Source of the DNA: a phage
Reading direction: 5' to 3' (one strand)
DNA length: 64,000 nt
Sequence record: PZ166176.1
Shown: one piece after another, positions 1 to 8,986 of the stretch
Position numbering within the stretch: the first letter of the stretch is position 1
How the letters are laid out: each line of letters begins with the position of its first letter
Program-made: the position numbers and the translations under genes
The notes under the pieces: generated by a model
The model's input: the letters and a program-made list of their open reading frames with translations, nothing else
What the model was told of the DNA's origin: nothing
Database searches by the model: none

Positions 1-189
1 ACCGACCACTGGAAGATCTGGAGATGTTCTAACACGATAACCTGCCTGGAAAGCTCCAATATCGCAGACCTCTTCTAAATCATATTCTTCCCATAAGGCA
101 CGACCACTATCGGTGTCTGTTCGGAATGTTCTAATCCCACTATCTGCACTTAAACCTGCACCGCTTACAAAAATCACTCGTCTTGGCAT
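1..189 (-). CDS. Sir2-family (sirtuin-like) NAD-dependent protein, N-terminal part only; gene runs off the window start
   Basis: Minus-strand frame from ATG at 189..187 translates MPRRVIFVSGAGLSADSGIRTFR...GRALWEEYD, resembling the sirtuin GAGIS..SGIPTFR / GLW motif; absent from ORF track because truncated. Confidence 0.45.
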   Translation of the reverse strand, partial: MPRRVIFVSGAGLSADSGIRTFRTDTDSGRALWEEYDLEEVCDIGAFQAGYRVRTSPDLPVVG

Positions 190-677
190 TCTTCCTCCTC
201 ATAATCATCATAATCTTCGTCATCCAAATCGTACACTTCGTCTTGAGAATAACTCACTTCAAAGTAAATATCAAACTCCGCAAACAAACGTAGAATGTTG
301 GACATGCTATAATAATTATCGTAGGCAGATTCAGCTTCATAGTAAACATAAAGCAAATGGTTAGCCTTATCATCTTCCAAATATTTCCCGTCTGCATACG
401 CATAGTCTGCATATGCTTTACCTGCATCTTCCACAAGAGAACGATCAAGCAGAGTAGGAAATGGTTTCTCTTTTTCTTTTAGTTTGCTCACCAACCAGTG
501 TGCAATATTATGCCAATCTGCATCCTCTCCGCTGAAGCAGCTTGCGACTTCGCCAAACTTGGCATCTCCTAAGTCCCCGCTGATAGTGATCATGGTTGAA
601 CTATTGTAACCACAAGTTTCGCAATTTGAACAACTGTTGTGCACATGAATTTCTACTTGAAACATATTTCCTCCCAT
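174..677 (-). CDS. hypothetical protein (CxxC-containing N-terminus, strongly acidic C-terminus)
   Basis: Track ORF, 167 aa, co-oriented with neighbours; no motif recognised. Confidence 0.45.
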   Translation of the reverse strand: MGGNMFQVEIHVHNSCSNCETCGYNSSTMITISGDLGDAKFGEVASCFSGEDADWHNIAHWLVSKLKEKEKPFPTLLDRSLVEDAGKAYADYAYADGKYLEDDKANHLLYVYYEAESAYDNYYSMSNILRLFAEFDIYFEVSYSQDEVYDLDDEDYDDYEEEECQDE

Positions 678-723
678 AAAAGAAAAGCCCCCTGAAACAG
701 GAGGCTTTGTTCAGATGCTGGCA

Positions 724-1377
724 CTATACCAGACTTTGTAGGTATTTGTCAAGGGCTTCTTGATCGCCTTGACAAACATAGCAACGGAAGTCTTGAGCCG
801 AAGGTTGTTTATTTTCATCCCAGTCCCAATAAACATTACCCTTATAACGTGAACCAGGAAACTCAAAAGAGGCTGTATGTGTAATGTATCCTGGGCCACC
901 AGTGAAATCACAGAATGAGAATTGGGGGTATGCCGCCTTTACTGCCTCAATAAACCAAGCTTTACGATCTAAAGCTTCATTGATGCTATACGCATGTCTC
1001 TCCATTTCTTCCCACGTTTTCCAGACACTTCTCTCATCAGGAGAAAAGACAAGCCATTCTGGAAGGTATAGAGTGTCATAGTAATCATCATATTCGATCT
1101 CGGAGGCGCACGAAGCTGACTCCTCCAGTTTTGAGTAATCAAAAGCAGAATATACCCACCAACCATCTTCCAGTAACGCTTTGATAGGGACGAAGCCTTT
1201 ATCAGCATATTGATCGAATTGTTTGACACGGTGGCTTGTGCAGTCTTCAAACTCACATTCTAAACGATATGCACCTTTTCGACGAGCCTCAAGACCGTGT
1301 GTACTGAAAATAACAACACTTCCTTCACCATCATTACGATCTACTTGATAAGCAACCACTGGTTTTGAATTTGACAT
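724..1377 (-). CDS. hypothetical protein
   Basis: Track ORF, 217 aa; stop/start abuts next gene. Confidence 0.5.
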   Translation of the reverse strand: MSNSKPVVAYQVDRNDGEGSVVIFSTHGLEARRKGAYRLECEFEDCTSHRVKQFDQYADKGFVPIKALLEDGWWVYSAFDYSKLEESASCASEIEYDDYYDTLYLPEWLVFSPDERSVWKTWEEMERHAYSINEALDRKAWFIEAVKAAYPQFSFCDFTGGPGYITHTASFEFPGSRYKGNVYWDWDENKQPSAQDFRCYVCQGDQEALDKYLQSLV

Positions 1378-2060
1378 TATTTCTCCTTATCTAGAAGATT
1401 GTTAGACAAAAACACTGCACGAGCAAAACCACGTGCGGTTAGTGATCTAAGTTGTTTTGTTTTTGCACTAGCTCCACCTAAGCTTTTCCAACCCCAGAAG
1501 CAGCCTATATGATCTACTGGTTTCTTCACTGGTTGAACAAAACCATTGCCGTGCCAAATACAAGTTTTCTTTGTATACCCATCACGGGTAGGCATTTTAG
1601 GATGAAAGCTTCCTTCCTCTTCAAACAAATACCCACCATACTCATAAGGATCAAAGTAAAAATCGGGTTTACGCCATAAGGTTGAAAGTTTACCTACTGG
1701 GTTCTCAATCATCCAAGGAACATTATATTTGTTACCCAAAGCTTCCACTACACGAATATTAGCTAAAGCTTCATCCAATTCCTCTGTGCTGCGTTCGTGT
1801 TTGCTACCACTACCTGCTAACATAGTGCAAGGTGGAAATCCAAAAATAATATCGGGTTTAGGTATCCCATGATCTTCAGGGTTGAATGTAGAATCTATCC
1901 AGGCATTCACATAGGTTATGTTTGGGTGCTCCATCCTAACCTCGTATTTACCGTGATCCCCTTCATCAGCGTTTACACAAAAACACTTGTGACCTGCTTC
2001 GGCATAACGTAACACCATGATCCCAGATCCGTCAAACATAGACAAAACTGTTTTACTCAT
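1377..2060 (-). CDS. putative SAM-dependent DNA cytosine-C5 methyltransferase-like protein
   Basis: FDGSG (motif I-like), GFPPCT (PC motif IV-like), ENPVG (motif VI-like); start moved to internal ATG (MSKTV) preceded by GGAGGGG; catalytic Gln of PCQ replaced by Thr so function uncertain. Confidence 0.35.
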   Translation of the reverse strand: MSKTVLSMFDGSGIMVLRYAEAGHKCFCVNADEGDHGKYEVRMEHPNITYVNAWIDSTFNPEDHGIPKPDIIFGFPPCTMLAGSGSKHERSTEELDEALANIRVVEALGNKYNVPWMIENPVGKLSTLWRKPDFYFDPYEYGGYLFEEEGSFHPKMPTRDGYTKKTCIWHGNGFVQPVKKPVDHIGCFWGWKSLGGASAKTKQLRSLTARGFARAVFLSNNLLDKEK

Positions 2061-2466
2061 TACCCCTCCATTCAAGACAAGCCATAACTTTACGCCAATC
2101 ACTTTCTGTAAGAAAAATCTCGTTTGCTTTCTTCCACAAATCTAAATCGTGAAGGGTTGGAATACGATATGTTAGTTCACAGAATCTATGCTCTTCTTCT
2201 GTAATATAACCAAAATGCAGAGCCACATCGTGAAACCAACACCAACCATGCATCTCTCGAACAACATGGTCATGTTGAGACATTATTTTATGCCGTAAAC
2301 CTAACCAACAAGGAACAGATACTTTAGTAGTCTTTAATCTGTGATCAACAGTATTAGAGTATTCAATAATAGCTGTCAGTTTCAATCGTGCTTTTTCTAA
2401 ATCCTCATGCGTCACTTTGAAATAACTTTCTGAAAGATATCCACACATATTAATAACCTCCTTCAA
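2053..2466 (-). CDS. hypothetical protein
   Basis: Track ORF, 137 aa. Confidence 0.45.
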   Translation of the reverse strand: MKEVINMCGYLSESYFKVTHEDLEKARLKLTAIIEYSNTVDHRLKTTKVSVPCWLGLRHKIMSQHDHVVREMHGWCWFHDVALHFGYITEEEHRFCELTYRIPTLHDLDLWKKANEIFLTESDWRKVMACLEWRGNE

Positions 2467-3391
2467 AAGGCTTTACTACATGTTGATTAGCTTTAAAACG
2501 TTCAACATAGTCGTTTTCGCCCATGTTTTCATATAGCTTAATAACAACATAAAAGTTTTCCCAAGCATATTCCCTAAACCAACCACTAGTGATGGACGTG
2601 CAGACTTTAGATAAAGCCATTATAAAACTTTGCTTAGGGGTTGGACCTCCGATCTCTCCACCGAAAGGAATTTGTGAACGTTCCAAAGCCAAAACACACG
2701 CTTCTTCATAAACACCTAACAGGCGCACATGTTTTGGTTGAGCAAAAAACTTTTCTTTGCTGGTCATAACTTCACTTCCATCTTTCATATAAGATTTATA
2801 TGCCGGAGCATCCATTACCGCGATTGCTTCATGGATAGAATCATGATCATAAACATACGGAACCTCATCACCTTTAAAAAAGTCTTTACTTTTTACGTTT
2901 AAGTTCGGATGAGAGTAAGTGTATGTTTCTTTCTCACGCAACTCATAAATACTCTTAAGATTTTCTGGGATCTTTGCGCCCAGTGACCGCATGAAATGAA
3001 TATCTTTCATAGTTTTAAAGAAGTGAGGACTATCCTTTTTAAAACGATGACTCATTTTAAGAAGGTAGAGCACATCTAAAGGAGCAACAACATGTCCAGC
3101 GTAAGTTCGACGAACATCATCAGAATCTTCACAATAACTAATCAAAGCTTCTGTGCTATCTCCTTGAGAAGCAATATCGTATTCCAAATGTGCACCAGCT
3201 ATCATTTTGACATGGCCTTTGTTTCCTTTACGTTCTACAAGTTCAACAAACTCATCTTGAGAGAACATTTTTGATAATTCTTCCCACTCTTGTTCTGTAC
3301 ACAGGTAATCTAAATCTACACAAGGGCGATACAAGTCTTTTCCCATATCCATAGCATGAATTTGTAATGCACGGCTACCAATTAACACCAT
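2450..3391 (-). CDS. hypothetical protein (weak nucleotidyltransferase-like GS...DxD pattern)
   Basis: Track ORF 313 aa; N-terminal LIGSRAL...VDLDYL vaguely resembles a pol-beta-type NTase motif but spacing is atypical. Confidence 0.45.
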   Translation of the reverse strand: MVLIGSRALQIHAMDMGKDLYRPCVDLDYLCTEQEWEELSKMFSQDEFVELVERKGNKGHVKMIAGAHLEYDIASQGDSTEALISYCEDSDDVRRTYAGHVVAPLDVLYLLKMSHRFKKDSPHFFKTMKDIHFMRSLGAKIPENLKSIYELREKETYTYSHPNLNVKSKDFFKGDEVPYVYDHDSIHEAIAVMDAPAYKSYMKDGSEVMTSKEKFFAQPKHVRLLGVYEEACVLALERSQIPFGGEIGGPTPKQSFIMALSKVCTSITSGWFREYAWENFYVVIKLYENMGENDYVERFKANQHVVKPFEGGY

Positions 3392-3421
3392 AATATTTCT
3401 CCTCTATTGGTTGATAGGTTA

Positions 3422-3450
3422 AGTTTATCAAGCTTCCAGATTCCTGTCAA
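3422..3450 (-). promoter_or_regulatory. sigma70-like promoter (TTGACA-17-TAAACT) for gene 2450..3391
   Basis: Reverse complement reads TTGACAggaatctggaagcttgaTAAACT immediately after terminator hairpin. Confidence 0.45.
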
Positions 3451-3473
3451 TAAAAAACCCGCCGAAGCGGGTT
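3451..3473 (-). terminator. rho-independent terminator
   Basis: Minus strand: AACCCGCTTCGGCGGGTT hairpin followed by TTTTT. Confidence 0.55.
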
Positions 3474-3481
3474 ATTATTTA

Positions 3482-3754
3482 CTAACACATTGAGGAAGAA
3501 GAGATCCAAACACCTCTTGTGGTTAAACCATTTTCATCCAACTCTACACCATAATCTTCACAAATGAAATCAATATAGTGATCTGCGGCTGGCGTTCCTG
3601 TAGGGTAATAAGTTTCTCCGTTACCGTAGTCACCTATCCAAGCTTGTTCCTGAAACTGTTCACAAAGTTCTTCAATCTCCTTACGAAACTTTCTTTGTGC
3701 TTGTTCCATCTCTTTAACTTTCTTTTTTATCAGCAGTTCGCCTTCAGACTCCAC
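3482..3754 (-). CDS. small protein, member of W-x-SSS-C C-terminal tail paralog family
   Basis: GTG start after AAGGAGAG; C-terminus ...GVWISSSSMC. Confidence 0.5.
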   Translation of the reverse strand: MESEGELLIKKKVKEMEQAQRKFRKEIEELCEQFQEQAWIGDYGNGETYYPTGTPAADHYIDFICEDYGVELDENGLTTRGVWISSSSMC

Positions 3755-3763
3755 AATCTCTCC

Positions 3764-3982
3764 TTAACAGCTACTACTGTGCCAAACGCCTTGAGAATTA
3801 ACGACGAAACCATCATCACCTTCACCATAACAAGAAGAGGATTGCCAATCTTCAAAACAGATTGCGTCATTTTCTAAACTAAGACCAAAACCAGCATCTT
3901 CAGCTTCTTTTGTAAGTTCGTCCACTAAAGCCATAATAGCTTGGGCTTTTTCAGTTAATTCTTCAACATTACGATCACTCAT
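3764..3982 (-). CDS. small protein, W-x-SSS-C tail paralog
   Basis: Start set at internal ATG (MSDRN) overlapping stop of upstream gene; C-terminus ...GVWHSSSC. Confidence 0.5.
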   Translation of the reverse strand: MSDRNVEELTEKAQAIMALVDELTKEAEDAGFGLSLENDAICFEDWQSSSCYGEGDDGFVVNSQGVWHSSSC

Positions 3983-4296
3983 TAGTATTTCTCCTCTGGT
4001 TGGAAAACTGAACGACAAGCCCACATACTAGCTTCTTTTAAATGTTTAATAGCACAACGGATTTGATCAATACGTTCGTATGTAAGATCTAATTCTTTTT
4101 CTGTGCCGTCAAAAGACCCATGATATGCTTCACAATACTCTTCCTCTAAAGCTTTGAAGATTAAACCTAAACGCTCTTCTGCATCTTTAATAGCGTTAAC
4201 CTTGCCAATCTTATCGTCAGTATGCGCCTTATAACCTTTGATATCTTCGATTCCCACTTTACCTCCTATTAACAACTTAAAGAAGATGGATGCCAA
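3982..4296 (-). CDS. hypothetical protein
   Basis: Track ORF 104 aa. Confidence 0.45.
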   Translation of the reverse strand: MASIFFKLLIGGKVGIEDIKGYKAHTDDKIGKVNAIKDAEERLGLIFKALEEEYCEAYHGSFDGTEKELDLTYERIDQIRCAIKHLKEASMWACRSVFQPEEKY

Positions 4297-4466
4297 TTTG
4301 TTCCAGTATTCTCATTTTCATCTTCTGGATCATAATAGCCACCCATCCCATATTCAGGGGAGAAACGGAAACCTTTACCAGTCTCATCTGCTAACTGCTC
4401 TGCTTCCGCTAAAGCCTCATAAGCTGCTTTTACGGCTTCTTCTACTGTTTTAAACTTGGTCGTCAT
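4269..4466 (-). CDS. small protein, W-x-SS-x-SC tail paralog
   Basis: C-terminus ...NWHPSSLSC. Confidence 0.45.
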   Translation of the reverse strand: MTTKFKTVEEAVKAAYEALAEAEQLADETGKGFRFSPEYGMGGYYDPEDENENTGTNWHPSSLSC

Positions 4467-4740
4467 AAAATTTCTCCTCTCCTAAAGACATGTTGACATG
4501 AAATGCACGATATGTAAATTCGTTGTCCGTTGTGTTTGAATAAAACTCAAATTGAACAACACCGTCTTGAGAAGACAGATACATGCCAATTTGAACTGTT
4601 CCTTCTGGTACCAGGTAAGCATACTCTGGACGTAGTGTTACATTGTAAAAATAAAGTTCCCCAACACCCATTTCATCCCAAGCTTCCCAAGCGGTAACGA
4701 AGTTACTTTCAAAACTTGTTACTGATCCGAACTCTGCCAT
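4450..4740 (-). CDS. hypothetical protein
   Basis: Track ORF 96 aa. Confidence 0.45.
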   Translation of the reverse strand: MAEFGSVTSFESNFVTAWEAWDEMGVGELYFYNVTLRPEYAYLVPEGTVQIGMYLSSQDGVVQFEFYSNTTDNEFTYRAFHVNMSLGEEKFYDDQV

Positions 4741-5231
4741 AAAACCTCCTCAATCTTGTAGTTTGACTCCATCTCCAACACATTTCCACGAACGTCTCTC
4801 CGAAGAAAGGCATAAGCTTTATTAGGTATTGTAGACTCATATTTAACCATATCTGGTACAGCAAAAGATACTACTACTCCTGCTGGGCTTCTGTCAAGAG
4901 CCTTATTAATATTTCTAAGGATATCGTTAGCCAAGATTTCTGCCAATTCTCCAAGAACGGTTTCGGTTATATCTTTATATCCCATTAAGTATTTGTTGAT
5001 ATCTTTCATCTCTGTATTGTTCAGAGTATAATCCAAAGGATAGAAATTCAAAGCGGAGTCACTTTTATGTGTCCACATGAAATGCACCCGATCCGAGCAG
5101 AATCGTAACCCTCTTTGAAGAATATCTTCTACAACAGGCAGAATTTCTTTTGTCACATCATTAACCATGTTGTAATCTAAGATTTCTGCCAAGTTTGTTC
5201 TTTGTTCACCACGTTTACGTTTAGGAATCAC
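4719..5231 (-). CDS. hypothetical protein
   Basis: Track ORF 170 aa. Confidence 0.45.
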   Translation of the reverse strand: MIPKRKRGEQRTNLAEILDYNMVNDVTKEILPVVEDILQRGLRFCSDRVHFMWTHKSDSALNFYPLDYTLNNTEMKDINKYLMGYKDITETVLGELAEILANDILRNINKALDRSPAGVVVSFAVPDMVKYESTIPNKAYAFLRRDVRGNVLEMESNYKIEEVLWQSSDQ

Positions 5232-5826
5232 TTGTTATTGCCCTCATTACCAAAGGTCGTAGAAAATCGTAAATCTCTTGTTTTGTTTTCCCACGAATGT
5301 TTAAACAAGGAACATTATTGGCTTTAGCTATCTTCCAAGCCGTAGCTGTTCCACCTTTTGCATCTCCATGTTTATCAGTATTAGCACAAGCCAACAAGAA
5401 ACATGATGGAGCAGGATTCTCCAAATCTCTACCTAACACTTGATGCACATTACGTTGGTGCAATTTTCTAGCACCCTGCTTAAGCTTTTCATAGGCTGGG
5501 TGAACATCTTTGATCCATTGCACAGAAATAGCATAGTTCATTGTATCTGGTTTTGCAAGAACAATAACATCCCCTGGAATCTGATTACCTTTGAAATTTT
5601 CCCAAGGAACATAAATCTCCTTGTTAGTAGGATTTTCAGACTCTTGGACACCTGTTTCAAAAGCAGAATCACTACCCTCTGCCTTCCCAGACCTTAATTT
5701 AAACCCAAGGTTTGAAAGCCATTTCCCTATGCCTACCATCAAAGCCCACTCTTCTTCGGATATGTCTCTACTTCCAACTCCCGTATAGAACAGTTCTGCC
5801 ATAATCACCTCAACAAGTAATTTCAA
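5221..5826 (-). CDS. DprA/Smf-like SLOG-domain (Rossmann-fold nucleotide-binding) protein
   Basis: TGVGSRD...RSGKAEGSDSAFETG matches the GSR...SGxAxGxDxxA signature of DprA/LOG-type SLOG domains. Confidence 0.45.
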   Translation of the reverse strand: MKLLVEVIMAELFYTGVGSRDISEEEWALMVGIGKWLSNLGFKLRSGKAEGSDSAFETGVQESENPTNKEIYVPWENFKGNQIPGDVIVLAKPDTMNYAISVQWIKDVHPAYEKLKQGARKLHQRNVHQVLGRDLENPAPSCFLLACANTDKHGDAKGGTATAWKIAKANNVPCLNIRGKTKQEIYDFLRPLVMRAITSDS

Positions 5827-6118
5827 AAGGTGTATAGGGTTCCGTATTTCTCATGATCCAAGGACTGCTAGGATTGCTCGGATCATAAGGGCCAAAAGGT
5901 TTTATGGTAGGTTGTGTTTCTTTCTTCTGAATCTCTTCAAAAATACGACGAAGTTCAGAATATTCTTGATCCACCATAAGATTCGGTGCATCTGATTCTA
6001 CAGCTTGCAGGTTATCTTCCTTAAGAACAATCTCACGAACAAGATTAACATCTTCTGTTTCTAAGATAACTTCTTTACGGATATTGCCTACACTTTGAAT
6101 AATTGTAATCTTATACAT
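5810..6118 (-). CDS. hypothetical protein
   Basis: Track ORF 102 aa. Confidence 0.45.
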   Translation of the reverse strand: MYKITIIQSVGNIRKEVILETEDVNLVREIVLKEDNLQAVESDAPNLMVDQEYSELRRIFEEIQKKETQPTIKPFGPYDPSNPSSPWIMRNTEPYTPFEITC

Positions 6119-6861
6119 TAATCCTCCTCAAGAGTTGAATAAAATTGAAGACCACCGTCCATATCGAAATAAGCAAATGTTAAGTTATTATTGAACACAG
6201 ATCCAGTATCCATATAAACACGATTCGCATTGATAATAGGTGTTTTTACATAAGAGTGTCCATGAAACACATAATCCACACCCATCACAACAGGAAGTTT
6301 CATTCCCTCTTTAGCACAATCCACCATATCTCTGTCCCACATAAGTGCTTCAGCAAAACGGTTTTCCTGTGTTTTTGTCATCTTCGAAGTGTATTCTGGA
6401 ATATCTGTTACAGGGAGATATTCCAAAGAAGACGGATACCCACCATGAATAAACGCAAGTTTCATGCCTCTGTAGTTAACAATGAGAACAACAGGTAAAT
6501 CTTCTGTCATCATTGCTAAGGCTGTAGCTCCTTCTTCACCACATTCTTCAAGGACCGTATATCCTCCATTTTGATACCAACACTCGAAGTAGCTACGATC
6601 TCCTTCCAGCATACCTTTAATCATCATGTCTTCATGATTTCCACGAATAGCGTAGCGATTGTGTTTACGAGTAAATTCTAAAACACAACGAAAGTTTTGC
6701 TTTCCACGGTCAGTAAGATCTCCTAGAGATACAACCACATCTGTATCTCGGATACCTAACTTTGCCTTTCCTTTTTCATACAAATTATAACAACCGTGTA
6801 GATCTCCAATTATAAAAAGATCTTGATCGCTTTTAACAGTAATTTCTCTGTGTATGATCAC
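6118..6861 (-). CDS. Ser/Thr protein phosphatase (calcineurin-like metallophosphoesterase)
   Basis: GDLHG, GDLTDRG, GNHE and HGH metal-binding motifs in canonical order. Confidence 0.75.
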   Translation of the reverse strand: MIIHREITVKSDQDLFIIGDLHGCYNLYEKGKAKLGIRDTDVVVSLGDLTDRGKQNFRCVLEFTRKHNRYAIRGNHEDMMIKGMLEGDRSYFECWYQNGGYTVLEECGEEGATALAMMTEDLPVVLIVNYRGMKLAFIHGGYPSSLEYLPVTDIPEYTSKMTKTQENRFAEALMWDRDMVDCAKEGMKLPVVMGVDYVFHGHSYVKTPIINANRVYMDTGSVFNNNLTFAYFDMDGGLQFYSTLEED

Positions 6862-7187
6862 TTATCCTCCTCAAAATCTAAGAAAATAAAAATATTCACC
6901 TTTCCTTCAATCTCTTGTTCTAAAACAAGATCGGCAAATTCTGCATAAGCTTTCTCTTCAACTTTTTCAATATGTTCTGCGGCATCTTTAAAAGGCGTAT
7001 CCCCATCCACCTTTACTAATAAGAAAAGAGATCGCATTTCGACGCTTTTACTGTTACGAGGAAGGAAATCTACAGCTTCAACAATTCTCCAACCCAAATA
7101 GCCAGGGGTTTTATGAATCTCCCCTAAATACTTTTCTAAGATTTTACGACCCTCGTCGATAAGGGCTTGTTCTGTAGTAATTTCCAT
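6858..7187 (-). CDS. hypothetical protein
   Basis: Track ORF 109 aa. Confidence 0.45.
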   Translation of the reverse strand: MEITTEQALIDEGRKILEKYLGEIHKTPGYLGWRIVEAVDFLPRNSKSVEMRSLFLLVKVDGDTPFKDAAEHIEKVEEKAYAEFADLVLEQEIEGKVNIFIFLDFEEDK

Positions 7188-7197
7188 TCCTTCCTCC

Positions 7198-7788
7198 TCA
7201 AATTATTAACGAAACCGCATGACTAAATCTTGGTTCAGATATAACCTCTGCTACAGTCACATATGTATCGTGCAGCCAAAAAGATTCTACTCTACAAACA
7301 CAAATACCGTTGATAATGAAATCTATACAGGCTTTATTATTTTCGCACACTTGTTGACTATAAACAACTCCTAAAGAGTCATAAAGTGATCTCACTGTTG
7401 CTACCATTTCATCTGTTTCGTCTTCCTGTGAAACAAAGAAAACGAATACAGACAAGTTATTAGCGAAAGTATTGCTATTCTCTACTTCAACCGACTTACA
7501 AGGTAAAAAGGAGTAATATTTACCGTTAGGTATCAATTTCGCCTCAACCTGGTTAAGTACGCTTTGAGATGGTTTTGTTACATAAAAAAGATTTTCTGTT
7601 GGGTTTTCAACATTACTCCTTACTATGCAACGAGTGGGGTTCGAAGGATCAAAAACATGATCGAAATCGACACACACAGGTAAGTTAACAACTTTAAACT
7701 TTTTGCTAAGAATGCTTACTGCTGTAAAAATCAAACCAGCATTTATTTTGCCAGTGAAAGTTGAACGCATAACTACTCCTCGGATCAT
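7198..7788 (-). CDS. hypothetical protein
   Basis: Track ORF 196 aa. Confidence 0.45.
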   Translation of the reverse strand: MIRGVVMRSTFTGKINAGLIFTAVSILSKKFKVVNLPVCVDFDHVFDPSNPTRCIVRSNVENPTENLFYVTKPSQSVLNQVEAKLIPNGKYYSFLPCKSVEVENSNTFANNLSVFVFFVSQEDETDEMVATVRSLYDSLGVVYSQQVCENNKACIDFIINGICVCRVESFWLHDTYVTVAEVISEPRFSHAVSLII

Positions 7789-7979
7789 TCTACCAAAGAG
7801 AATTCCGCCTCTTCCAGGTAGATTACAGACCTTGTTGCATGATATTTAACGCTCCAGAAATTACCTTCGCGCCGTAAAAGTATCTCATTCACATCAAGAT
7901 TGCTTAGAAAAACCATATAACTTAAAGCTTGTTGACGCGTTGAGAATTGTTTCTCTAAAAGTTCTTCTCCGCTCTGCAT
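7785..7979 (-). CDS. hypothetical small protein
   Basis: Track ORF 64 aa, 4-nt overlap with downstream gene. Confidence 0.4.
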   Translation of the reverse strand: MQSGEELLEKQFSTRQQALSYMVFLSNLDVNEILLRREGNFWSVKYHATRSVIYLEEAEFSLVE

Positions 7980-8024
7980 AATCCCTCCTTAAAATACTCC
8001 CTCCGAAAAGGGAGTATAAGTATA

Positions 8025-8228
8025 TCACGTAGTTGTTATGTTGTCTTCTTGGATACTAGAATCCACTTCTGCAAACATATCTTCTGCACTGTAATTATTT
8101 CCAGTCCAGCGTGATAAAAGGATAGCACCAATCTCTTTTGCATGAGATTCGGACTCTGCATAAACGTTAGTCCCAGTGTCACCTTTTTTCTTTTCATGTG
8201 CATAAATGCAGTAATAATTGTAAGCCAT
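8025..8228 (-). CDS. hypothetical small protein
   Basis: Track ORF 67 aa. Confidence 0.4.
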   Translation of the reverse strand: MAYNYYCIYAHEKKKGDTGTNVYAESESHAKEIGAILLSRWTGNNYSAEDMFAEVDSSIQEDNITTT

Positions 8229-8464
8229 TAATCTTCCCAGTCATTGCCCTCGGTAGAGTGAACTAAAGCTCGCACGATACCACCGTAATCTACTGCCTGA
8301 TTTGCAGCATGTTCGGCATAAACTTCAATGGCTTTTTTGAAGAAAAGAGCAGTAGCTGCTTCAATATTATCCATTTCGCCATCTACGTCAGTAGAAAGTG
8401 AAAGGTTGAGGCTTTCATCTACTTCATCAAAATCAATAGCCACTGTCATAATTAGTTTACCCAT
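8228..8464 (-). CDS. hypothetical small acidic protein
   Basis: Track ORF 78 aa. Confidence 0.4.
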   Translation of the reverse strand: MGKLIMTVAIDFDEVDESLNLSLSTDVDGEMDNIEAATALFFKKAIEVYAEHAANQAVDYGGIVRALVHSTEGNDWED

Positions 8465-8476
8465 AGTTCACACTCC

Positions 8477-8986
8477 TTAAACAAAATAAAATGGTTGAGA
8501 GAGGCCCAAACGATTCTTTGGGTCGTATACATACCAAGCGTATGCTGTCTTATCTGTTCCACCTGCAACAAACGAAGGCCGTTCTGAAAGGACTATAAGG
8601 TTTGTTGGTGGATTCTTTTGATGGAACTCTCGTCGTTTCTTTGACTCCAAGAAGCCCAACCGAAGAAGATAAATACAAACATCCGCCTCTTTTAAGCTCT
8701 TTTCCAAGAACTCCATTGCTAACTTAAATGGAGGATTTGTGATTATAATGTCGGGACGATTTTCCCATTCATGACTAAAATAATCTTTACCTTCTTCAAG
8801 TTCGCAATATTCTGAACCTTCAGGAAAATGGCGATAAATCGCTTCAGCTTCACCTCTGCAAGGTTCTGCAAAAACCCAACCTTCTTCCTTTAGATTTTTG
8901 AAATCTATAACACTAAACAAACTATTGATTGCTTTTTGCGGTGTCGGATAATAATCGCTCGTTGGGCGATCATAATCTAATGCCAT
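8477..8986 (-). CDS. DNA N6-adenine methyltransferase (small phage Dam-like type)
   Basis: YYPTPQ near N-terminus and NPPF catalytic motif (DPPY-family motif IV). Confidence 0.7.
   Translation of the reverse strand: MALDYDRPTSDYYPTPQKAINSLFSVIDFKNLKEEGWVFAEPCRGEAEAIYRHFPEGSEYCELEEGKDYFSHEWENRPDIIITNPPFKLAMEFLEKSLKEADVCIYLLRLGFLESKKRREFHQKNPPTNLIVLSERPSFVAGGTDKTAYAWYVYDPKNRLGLSQPFYFV

Noticed and set aside
113-364. 83-aa plus-strand ORF and similar short plus-strand ORFs in 1..33500
   Set aside because: Overlap longer minus-strand genes with recognisable motifs; no RBS; the region is transcribed leftward
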